Of a stretch of 24,506 bases of DNA, positions 16,926-24,033 are shown one piece after another (within the stretch, counting starts at the first letter, position 1; each line of letters opens with the position of its first letter). The stretch covers positions 1 through 24,506 of the forward strand of contig CAJVWY010000001.1 in assembly GCA_913009925.1 (NCBI GenBank), read 5' to 3'. A model generated the notes under the pieces. It made no database searches. It saw nothing but the letters and a program-made list of their open reading frames with translations, and was not told the origin of the DNA. Origin of the DNA: an uncultured bacterium (GTDB taxonomy: Bacteria > Actinomycetota > Thermoleophilia > BMS3ABIN01). Made by a program: the position numbers and the translations under genes.

Positions 16926-16987
16926 AATACAGTCAGTTCAATCGGCCCGGCCGATTCGCCGGGCTTTTGCGGAGGTGAAAACAACAG

Positions 16988-17191
16988 ATGGCTATTTATG
17001 ATCTCAAGTGCGACGAATGCGGGCACCAGTTCGAGAAGTATGTATCCGGGTTCCTCTCGGAAGATGACAAGGTATGCCCCGAGTGTGGCGGCCTCAGGAT
17101 TTCCCAGAAGTTCACCAGTTTCTTCGGCAGCTGTACCACGGGCGGTGGCAGCGGTGGCTGCGCTCCACCTGCTACCGGTGGCTTCGGCTGA
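16988..17191 (+). CDS. FmdB-family zinc ribbon protein
   Basis: MAIYDLKCDECGHQFE...VCPECG; strong GGAGGTG RBS at 16971-16977. Confidence 0.88.
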   Translation: MAIYDLKCDECGHQFEKYVSGFLSEDDKVCPECGGLRISQKFTSFFGSCTTGGGSGGCAPPATGGFG

Positions 17192-17242
17192 GCCTGATCC
17201 GGCGGCCAGTTTGGCTGTACGAATAAACGGAAGTGTGCTTAA

Positions 17243-17437
17243 ATGCAGCTTGCGCGTGTCAATGTGGGAGAATGTGCAGGGCATGAAAAGTGCCATGCCC
17301 GTAAGGTATGCCCTACCAAGGCGGTTGTGCAACTTGATCCGGGCGAGACGGCCATGGTATTGAGCGATCTGTGCCAGGGGTGCGGGGATTGTGTAGCCGC
17401 CTGTCCCCATAAAGCCATCGAGCTCAGGCAGTCATGA
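17243..17437 (+). CDS. Small Fe-S ferredoxin-like protein
   Basis: Canonical CQGCGDCVAACP plus an atypical first motif CAGHEKCHARKVCP; 64 aa. Confidence 0.85.
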   Translation: MQLARVNVGECAGHEKCHARKVCPTKAVVQLDPGETAMVLSDLCQGCGDCVAACPHKAIELRQS

Positions 17438-17487
17438 GCCGGTCGGGTCTGATGTTGCTCTCAAATGATTCCAGAAAGGAGACCATT

Positions 17488-17811
17488 TTGTCAGGTAAAG
17501 ATGTTATCGAGGTCAATGACTCCAGCTTCCAGGATGAGGTACTGAAATCAGACATGCCGGTTATTGTCGATTTCTGGGCGGCGTGGTGTGGTCCCTGCCG
17601 CATGGTAGGCCCTATCGTCGAGGAGATAGCCAGCGAGTATGCCGGCAAGGTAAAGGTAGCCAAGCTCAATGTGGACGATAACAAGGAGACTGCCACCAAG
17701 TACGGTATCATGAGCATCCCCACCATCCTCAAGTTCGAAGCGGGTTCGGTGGCCAAACAGATAGTCGGGGCAATGCCCAAGACCGCCCTGATCAAGGAAT
17801 TGGATATCTAG
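17488..17811 (+). CDS. trxA: Thioredoxin
   Basis: VDFWAAWCGPCRM, KLNVDDN, IMSIPT. TTG start at 17488 after AAAGGAG. Confidence 0.96.
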   Translation: MSGKDVIEVNDSSFQDEVLKSDMPVIVDFWAAWCGPCRMVGPIVEEIASEYAGKVKVAKLNVDDNKETATKYGIMSIPTILKFEAGSVAKQIVGAMPKTALIKELDI

Positions 17812-17828
17812 GCTCCCGGCCGGGAGTC
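17811..17828. terminator. Palindromic hairpin between convergent trxA and the L,D-transpeptidase gene
   Basis: CTCCCGGCCGGGAG (17813-17826) is a perfect 14-bp palindrome; no U-tract on either side. Confidence 0.35.
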
Positions 17829-17850
17829 AGCTTCGTCGATCCCGGTTCAC

Positions 17851-19239
17851 CTAATAATGGATCGACACTATGGTCCCTATGGGGGCCCAGTTGTACAGGA
17901 ATTCGGCATCCGGCACCGGCAGGCCAACGCATCCGTGACTGCTGGGTACACCGAAGGTCGTAGCCCAATAGTTGCCGTGAATAGTGTAGTCACCGTTGAA
18001 CATCAGCACCCAGGGTACGTCGGGGGCACTGTAGCCCTCCCCCTCCATGTCCAGCTTCTCCGCCTTGGCGTATACCGCATAGGTTCCCGTCAGGCTGGGG
18101 GTCGCTTTGGATCCGCTTGAACATATCATGGTCCTGACCTGCTGGTCGTGTTCGTAGAGGGTCACTGTTTGCGCCGACAGGTTCACATCGATGAACTTGG
18201 ACGGCTTGATGGTAAAGGTGCTCTGTACGTCTTCTCGCAGGTAGCTGCCGCTTACACCCCTGAGGCCCTCGGTGCCGCCCTTGAGGCTTATGGTGACCTG
18301 TGCTCCTTCCGTCCAGGTATCCAGCGGCCTGAACTCCAGGGTGTCGGCAGCGATCCACTCCCATGAACCCAGCGTCGACGGCTCAACGGCCAGTATCGAA
18401 TCCGCGATCTCCGGATTACGGATATCCTCAGTAAAGGTCAGAGTCGGCCGGGCGCCGCGGCTCACAGCTGACTCGCCGTCACCGGGTACGAATATGACTT
18501 TTAGCGGATCGGTGGTTACTATAGCCTGGGAATAGGGCTGTTTGAGCGTAGCGCCGTTCTCGGCGGTGGCGGCCGTGAAGGCCAGGGTATATGACTGGCC
18601 CTGTTCGTATCCCTCGAAGGAGATGAGCACCCGCGTGTGGTTTTCCTTGTCGATGGTTGCCGTGGAAGGGACCTCCGGCGTCAGGGTATAGTCGAATTCC
18701 TCGATGGGTGTATTGAACTCCACCACGATAGGGGTACCAATCTCCACTGCCTGGGCGGTCTCGGTTACCAGGGGCGCCGGGGTCACCACCGTATGGAAGG
18801 TGACCTTCTCGATGACCTGCTCAGTGTCAAAACCAGTGAGGGACAGCTGCCTCAGGTCGGCGTTGACCGTGATCTCATAGCGGGCGTCCGGCTTAAGCAG
18901 CGGGCCTCTGTCCGGCATGAATACGCCGCCCTCCAGGCGGCCGCTGAGTCTTTCTTCCGAGACCGGCGTCCCCATGGGGTCCAGCAGCGTCTCCTTGACC
19001 TCGACGCTGTTGATGCTGCCGCGGAAGCGGCTGGCGGATATCTTCAGCAGGGTATCCACGGGGACTTCCCTGCTACCCGTAGCCGGGCTTATCTTCACCG
19101 CGGGGGGGAATATGGCGCTAAGTGTAAGCGCGCCCACCAGGCTGAACACGGCGATTACCAGCGAGATGCCGATGATCGACCGCCGCCGTGAGGATGCCCT
19201 GTTCAAGCTTTGTTGTGGTATCGGTGTAACCCGATTCAT
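17851..19239 (-). CDS. L,D-transpeptidase (YkuD-type catalytic domain) with N-terminal membrane anchor and probable Ig-like repeats
   Basis: C-terminal IDVNLSAQTVTLYE, SSGS...G, IHGNYWATTFGVPSSHGCV (H...SHGC catalytic motif). N-terminal basic plus hydrophobic segment. Middle contains PTLTF..I / P...G.W.W...TLEFRP repeats. Confidence 0.9.
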   Translation of the reverse strand: MNRVTPIPQQSLNRASSRRRSIIGISLVIAVFSLVGALTLSAIFPPAVKISPATGSREVPVDTLLKISASRFRGSINSVEVKETLLDPMGTPVSEERLSGRLEGGVFMPDRGPLLKPDARYEITVNADLRQLSLTGFDTEQVIEKVTFHTVVTPAPLVTETAQAVEIGTPIVVEFNTPIEEFDYTLTPEVPSTATIDKENHTRVLISFEGYEQGQSYTLAFTAATAENGATLKQPYSQAIVTTDPLKVIFVPGDGESAVSRGARPTLTFTEDIRNPEIADSILAVEPSTLGSWEWIAADTLEFRPLDTWTEGAQVTISLKGGTEGLRGVSGSYLREDVQSTFTIKPSKFIDVNLSAQTVTLYEHDQQVRTMICSSGSKATPSLTGTYAVYAKAEKLDMEGEGYSAPDVPWVLMFNGDYTIHGNYWATTFGVPSSHGCVGLPVPDAEFLYNWAPIGTIVSIHY

Positions 19240-19271
19240 ATTCGGATTTCTCTCAGATGCTTGTTAAAAAC

Positions 19272-19300
19272 ATTATAACTGTGTAGTACCCGCATGGGAA
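19272..19300 (-). promoter_or_regulatory. Candidate housekeeping promoter for the L,D-transpeptidase gene
   Basis: Minus strand TTCCCA (19300-19295), N17, perfect TATAAT (19277-19272), 32 nt upstream of the ATG. Confidence 0.6.
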
Positions 19301-19397
19301 CGGTCCTAAAAACGACAACATTATCAATGATGATCCTGGATGCCGAGAGCGGGCGCTGATTAATGCTGGCAACCGTGAGAACCGATTAATAGATTAG

Positions 19398-19480
19398 GAA
19401 CGATAAAGGCAAACCCATCGCGAGGTGGGGGCGCAAAGCTAGGGGTCTTCCCCAAAGGAAGACAGCCCGGCTGCCGAAGC
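19398..19480 (+). ncRNA. Cyclic di-GMP-I (GEMM-I) riboswitch aptamer
   Basis: GGCAAACC-CATC-GCGA-GGTGGG-GGCGCAAAGC...GTCTTCC-ccaaa-GGAAGAC-AGC...GCTGCCGAAG matches the class-I pattern, with a GNRA loop at 19420-19423. The G20-equivalent is G19408 and the C92-equivalent is C19475, by manual alignment to the Vc2 aptamer. Confidence 0.9.
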
Positions 19481-19617
19481 AGAAAGCTGCCACTGGCAGC
19501 GTTGACGTGTTACGCGACAGCTCATTTGCTTGGACATGTTGGGCGAAAGAGCTTTAGCTATGCCCCCACCTGGGTGCCTGGCGCAGGCGACGAGGTTTGC
19601 TCACGGGACAGGTTGAG

Positions 19618-19995
19618 ATGAGCAGGCGCAAGCAACACCGGTGGCACAGCATGAAGGTGACAGTAGCGGTAGTGGCATTCATCGCCTGTACCTGGTATAT
19701 ACCCGCCGGGGCGGCATTAGCGGAATCTGCATCCAGCAGCAGCACCGTGAGGGTCACCGTGCTGGACTCCATCGCTATCGGCGGAAACGCTCGGGAAATT
19801 TACGGCGCACATCGGCAACACTCACCCCAGTACCAAACAAGAATAGTCACACGGGCGGCATCGTCGATCCTGGGCCGGATAGAGGCGGCGGACGACGGCC
19901 CCGGATTCCCCTCGGGCCCGGGAGGCAATGAAGACGGGTTCGACGGTGTCCCCTGGAGTGGTATAATTCTGGTCATAACGGCGACCCATCTATGA
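19618..19995 (+). CDS. Small hypothetical protein with a Sec-type signal peptide
   Basis: Basic N-region MSRRKQHRWHS, hydrophobic VTVAVVAFIACTWYIPAG, AxA cleavage site ALA|ES. It is the only plausible gene downstream of the riboswitch. Start could also be ATG 19651. Confidence 0.55.
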   Translation: MSRRKQHRWHSMKVTVAVVAFIACTWYIPAGAALAESASSSSTVRVTVLDSIAIGGNAREIYGAHRQHSPQYQTRIVTRAASSILGRIEAADDGPGFPSGPGGNEDGFDGVPWSGIILVITATHL

Positions 19996-20019
19996 CAGAA
20001 GGCAGCCCCGCCGGTATTG

Positions 20020-20066
20020 ACCAGCATCCGGATCCCTTTCCGGAGAGCCCGGACGCTGGTTCGTTT
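20020..20066 (+). terminator. Possible terminator after the riboswitch-controlled ORF
   Basis: ACCAGC-A-TCCGG (20020-20031) pairs with CCGGA-C-GCTGGT (20049-20060), followed by TCGTTTCTCGTT. Confidence 0.35.
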
Positions 20067-20211
20067 CTCGTTCCGGCAAGAGCCTCGCATGCCGGGTGAT
20101 AGCAGGAAAGTCTCCCGGTGATGTAGAAAGAAAAAACAGTGGTATCAGGCATGCCTGTTGTGGCATGCCGTCTTCGTGACAGCTGTTAACCGTTGACAGA
20201 AGAGGAGATCG

Positions 20212-20781
20212 ATGGACATTCAGGAGTTAGTGGAAAACCGGATTGCCGAACTGAAAGCGCGGACAGGACCCCCATCCTCTATGGAGGCGGATCTGGATGA
20301 GCAGCCTCCGCCACGCGAGCGCCGGACGGACGCCGGCGCCGGAGAGCGGCGGCGGGCAGAGCCCTCCGGGTCTCCCGAGCCATCCGGAGGAGCTGCAATG
20401 CAGGAGCGAGTCGCGGCACCGGCTGAAATCAGGGTCGATGTCAGCGAGTCGATCGATGAGAAGCTTGCGGAGGTATCCCTGCGTATTCTGGAGATCACGG
20501 AGAAGGTCTCCATCGATTGCAACCGCATGGAACAGAACCTGCTCAGGTCGCGCCTGGAAGTGCTTCAGAGCGCCGAGGCCGTCCTCGATATAGCCATGTC
20601 GCTCCGGCGTCAGCTGGCGGGGATGAAAAGATATGACCTGCAGGAACCAGGGCTTTCCGGCGGATCGAGCCCGTCGGGGATGGATACCGGTATGTCCAGG
20701 GATCACGACATCCTGGGTACCGGTGACGGCAGGGCCAGCATGAAGGACTACGGTGTAGCCAACCTTTTTCGCAGGACCTGA
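20212..20781 (+). CDS. Hypothetical protein with a disordered Arg-containing linker and probable helical/coiled-coil core
   Basis: GAGGAG RBS at 20202-20207, GC3-rich codons, 189 aa, no family recognised. Confidence 0.7.
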   Translation: MDIQELVENRIAELKARTGPPSSMEADLDEQPPPRERRTDAGAGERRRAEPSGSPEPSGGAAMQERVAAPAEIRVDVSESIDEKLAEVSLRILEITEKVSIDCNRMEQNLLRSRLEVLQSAEAVLDIAMSLRRQLAGMKRYDLQEPGLSGGSSPSGMDTGMSRDHDILGTGDGRASMKDYGVANLFRRT

Positions 20782-20824
20782 GCGTATGGACGGCTATGGG
20801 CCGAGGGGCCTGCCGGGAGGCTGA

Positions 20825-21871
20825 TTGGACTACGAAGAGATCAACAATCTGGACCGACGGGCTGAAGAGGGCGGCAAGGACCGCCGCGGGGGACTGACCG
20901 GCAACGGGCTGGCGGTCATCGCCGCCAAGGCCAGCGGCTCGCTCAAGGCCCGCGAGGAAGAGGTCACGAGAAAATGGCTCAAGGCGGTCATCGACGAGCT
21001 GGGCCTGGAATCGCTCAAGAACTTTCCCACCAGTGAGCTGGCCGAGGGGTTCCCCCGGCTTGTCAGGTCACTTGCTGACGCTATCGATGATCCTGCCAAT
21101 CGGGAGCAGATCGCCGCCAACCTGAGAGAGGTAGCCGTCAGCCTGGCGTCTCTAAGGCAGGAGCGGCCCTCCCTCGGCAGGATGATCGACGATTACGCCA
21201 TGCTTAAGCGCATGTTGCTGGAAGCGGCCGCCCGCGACCTGCGCCGATCGGATCTGCCGGTACTGGCTATATCACAGCGTCTGGATGACGGTTTTCTTAG
21301 CTTCTTCAAGATGGGGCTGGAAGCTTACATCGAGAGCAATTCGCGTGAGCTGGAATACATGGCCAACACCGACGCCCTTACCGGGCTCTATAATGTGCGC
21401 TATTTTCGCAGGCAGCTGCACCAGAACCTGGAGATGTACAAGCGTTACCGCATACCCTTCTCACTGATGATGCTGGATCTGGACGAACTCAAGGAAATGA
21501 ACGACACTTTCGGTCATGATGCCGGCGACCGCGCCATCAGGAATCTGGCCGCCATCATGAAGAAAGAGAAGCGCGAAACCGATGTGGCTGTGCGCTACGG
21601 CGGCGATGAGTTCTTCCTGCTGCTGCCAAGCACCGCCATGGATGAAGCGGAGAAACTGGCGAACCGCATCAATAACAGCGCCCGCAGGTTGAACCTGAAC
21701 AGCGGCGGGCGCGAGATGACCTCGACCTCCATCGGCCTGGCCACCTGCCCCACTCACGGAACGGATGTCGGATCGCTCCGGGCCAAGGCGGACCGGGCGC
21801 TGTACCTGGCCAAGTCTCTTGGCGGCGGCACGGTGGCCGTATACCGCGATTTTAAAGTAATGGTCTCCTGA
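20825..21871 (+). CDS. Diguanylate cyclase (GGDEF) with an N-terminal all-helical RsbRD_N-like domain
   Basis: TDALTGLYN, DLDELKEMNDTFGHDAGD, RYGGDEF, SIGLA, ADRALYLAK; I-site RETD five residues before GGDEF. The N-terminal domain call is from resemblance only. Confidence 0.92.
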   Translation: MDYEEINNLDRRAEEGGKDRRGGLTGNGLAVIAAKASGSLKAREEEVTRKWLKAVIDELGLESLKNFPTSELAEGFPRLVRSLADAIDDPANREQIAANLREVAVSLASLRQERPSLGRMIDDYAMLKRMLLEAAARDLRRSDLPVLAISQRLDDGFLSFFKMGLEAYIESNSRELEYMANTDALTGLYNVRYFRRQLHQNLEMYKRYRIPFSLMMLDLDELKEMNDTFGHDAGDRAIRNLAAIMKKEKRETDVAVRYGGDEFFLLLPSTAMDEAEKLANRINNSARRLNLNSGGREMTSTSIGLATCPTHGTDVGSLRAKADRALYLAKSLGGGTVAVYRDFKVMVS

Positions 21872-21904
21872 AGTCAGCGGCGGCCTGAGTCCAGGCGGAG
21901 ATGG

Positions 21905-22729
21905 TCACAGCTTCTGGCAGTGGGGGCAAAAATAGGTGCTCCTGCCTCCGACCTTGATCTTCTCGATTACATGGCCGCAGCGTGGACAGGGTTTACCCTG
22001 GCGCCGGTGAACCTGGAATGTCTCCTGAAAACCGCCCCTCTCCCCTCTGGCGTTCACGTAGGAATCGATGGAGCTTCCCTCAAGCTCGATCGCCTTTTTC
22101 AGCGTTTTTCTGATGGATGCGTGCAGCCGGGTGATCTCGCTTTGGGTGAGCTTGCCCGCCGGCCGACGCGGGTCGATGCCGGCGTCGAACAGGGCTTCGT
22201 CGGCGTAGATATTGCCGATGCCGGCTATGGCAGACTGGTCCATGAGCAGGGTCTTGATCTGCCGGTCTCGGCCGGCGGTTATTTTCGCCAGTCTGGCCGG
22301 TGTGAAGGAGCGCCCCAGGGGCTCAGGACCGAGTTTTTGCCAATAGGTCCTGGATTCACCGGCGGGAATGAGGAAGGCCTTTCCCAGACGTCGTGTGTCA
22401 TGAAAAGCGATAAAACCGTCGTCAAGATGAAACAGCAGGCGCAGGTGACGCCTACTGTCGCCGCTGGGGCGACGTTTCAGGTGCGTCAGGCGGCCGGTCA
22501 TGCGTAGATGGATCACCAGTGTATCGCCGTCTTCGAACTCGAAACGAAGATACTTTCCCCGACGCGTCAGTTGTTTTATGCGTTTGCCGCTGGTCGCGCG
22601 GCGGAAGCGGGCTGCGGACCAGGGGGCGGCGACAGTGGGATCGGGGATTTCGACGCGTCTGATGGTGCGGCCCCGCACCAGCGGGTCCAGCTGTCTGCGG
22701 ATGGTCTCTACTTCAGGAAGTTCCGGCAA
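21905..22729 (-). CDS. mutM: Formamidopyrimidine-DNA glycosylase / AP lyase
   Basis: N-terminal PELPEVET, RRGKYL, HLRMTG, GIGNIYADE, zinc finger CPRC...CPHCQ. TTG start at 22729 after GAGGAGGAG. Confidence 0.97.
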   Translation of the reverse strand: MPELPEVETIRRQLDPLVRGRTIRRVEIPDPTVAAPWSAARFRRATSGKRIKQLTRRGKYLRFEFEDGDTLVIHLRMTGRLTHLKRRPSGDSRRHLRLLFHLDDGFIAFHDTRRLGKAFLIPAGESRTYWQKLGPEPLGRSFTPARLAKITAGRDRQIKTLLMDQSAIAGIGNIYADEALFDAGIDPRRPAGKLTQSEITRLHASIRKTLKKAIELEGSSIDSYVNARGERGGFQETFQVHRRQGKPCPRCGHVIEKIKVGGRSTYFCPHCQKL

Positions 22730-22761
22730 GGCTCCTCCTCTCACTTCCCCTTTCAGCCGGA

Positions 22762-24030
22762 TTATGACAGATTCCCGTCCCTGTTATCGCCGGATATCAT
22801 GACATCCGTTTGATTGTTTGTCTTGAAGTAGCGTTTCAGGGGCCGGTTGAGTAGCAGCGCCAAACCTGCCGTCCCCAGCAGGATGAGGAAATTTATTCCC
22901 ATGGGTGTATCAAGACTGAAGTTGAGCCATACCAACGGCACCAACAGGCTGCTGCCGATGATGCTGCCCCATTCGGCGAAGGAGCCGATGAAACCGGATA
23001 CCGCCCCCCTCTCCTCGCGCAGGGTCATATCGCCGATGAGCGAGAAGAATGAGTTGAAATACGCGGGCGTGCCGGCGCCGCCGATGATGAACCCGGCGTA
23101 GGTCAGGGCGGTGCCGGGATGGAAGAATATCATCAACGCCTCGAAAGCCATGAAGCACAGGCCGCCGGCCATAACCAGCATTCGTGACCCCTTGCGGTCC
23201 GAGAGGCGGCCGAGGAAGGGGCTGGAGATAACGGCGGCGCCGCCGCTGAGGCCCATGGCTACGGCGATCTCGGTGGCGCTCCAGGAGAGGAGCTTGGCGG
23301 TTATCAGCGGCGCCGCCGTAAGCATGATGGCCAGGCTCATCATCTGGAGAAAATGCACGAGGGAGAGAGACAGGGCGGGAAAGTTCAGCACTGAGGAAAC
23401 GAGGCCGCGCATCTTGTCTCCTCCGGGAGCCAGGGAGCGCCAGCCGCCGAAAGGCTTGTGGACCGACACCGGCGGTATTGTCAGGCTAAGCAACAAACAG
23501 AGGCCGCCCAGCGCCGCTCCGGCCCAGAACGGCGTGGTTATCTCGTACCGCTGGGAAAGGATGCCGCCCAGCAGCGGGCCGACGATGACGCCGGCGTTAA
23601 TGGCGCTGCTGTTGATGCCGTGGGCCAGTCCCCGCAGCTCTGTGGGGGTACGGTCATTGACATAAGCCTGGAAGCCGACCACGAAGCCCGCCGAAGCGAC
23701 CCCCTGCAGCACGCGCAGGGCGATCATCAGGGTGGAGCCGGTGGTCAGGGCGAAGCCGGCGGTGGTGACGGTAAACAGCAGCAGCGACCCCACCATGACC
23801 CACTTGCGGCCTACGTGGTCTGAAAGAACGCCCAGGGGGAACTGGGAGACCACCCTGCCGATAAAGAACGCCGCCACCAGCATGCCGATGATGAATTCAT
23901 TGAAGCCCAGTTGCGCCGCGTAACCGGGAAGCAGCGGCACCATCATCATGAAACCGGCCATGATAACGCCGCTGGCCAGGGAGAGTACGTATATGCTCCA
24001 GTGAAGCAGCTTCAGAGACTCCGGTATCAC
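22762..24030 (-). CDS. Major facilitator superfamily transporter
   Basis: About 12 hydrophobic segments; motif A in both halves (GVLSDHVGRK, GRLSDRKGSR); substrate not inferable. Confidence 0.92.
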   Translation of the reverse strand: MIPESLKLLHWSIYVLSLASGVIMAGFMMMVPLLPGYAAQLGFNEFIIGMLVAAFFIGRVVSQFPLGVLSDHVGRKWVMVGSLLLFTVTTAGFALTTGSTLMIALRVLQGVASAGFVVGFQAYVNDRTPTELRGLAHGINSSAINAGVIVGPLLGGILSQRYEITTPFWAGAALGGLCLLLSLTIPPVSVHKPFGGWRSLAPGGDKMRGLVSSVLNFPALSLSLVHFLQMMSLAIMLTAAPLITAKLLSWSATEIAVAMGLSGGAAVISSPFLGRLSDRKGSRMLVMAGGLCFMAFEALMIFFHPGTALTYAGFIIGGAGTPAYFNSFFSLIGDMTLREERGAVSGFIGSFAEWGSIIGSSLLVPLVWLNFSLDTPMGINFLILLGTAGLALLLNRPLKRYFKTNNQTDVMISGDNRDGNLS

Positions 24031-24033
24031 TGT

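Noticed and set aside
16859-17410. 183-aa minus-strand ORF across the ECF intergenic region
   Set aside because: Antisense to two clearly motif-bearing small genes and runs through regulatory sequence.
20161-20176. TGGCA suggesting a sigma-54 -24 box
   Set aside because: No TTGC -12 element at the required spacing.
19398-21871. Possibility of a 3',3'-cGAMP (GEMM-Ib/Hypr-GGDEF) system
   Set aside because: The aptamer has G rather than A at the position-20 equivalent, and the cyclase keeps Asp rather than Ser in GHxxGD.
21883-21896. GCCTG-AGTC-CAGGC hairpin between the convergent cyclase and mutM genes
   Set aside because: Only a 5-bp stem with no U-tract; too weak to call a terminator.
11835-22729. 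Two base-excision glycosylases (UDG and MutM) in one window as a repair cluster
   Set aside because: They are about 9 kb apart in separate operons with unrelated genes between them.
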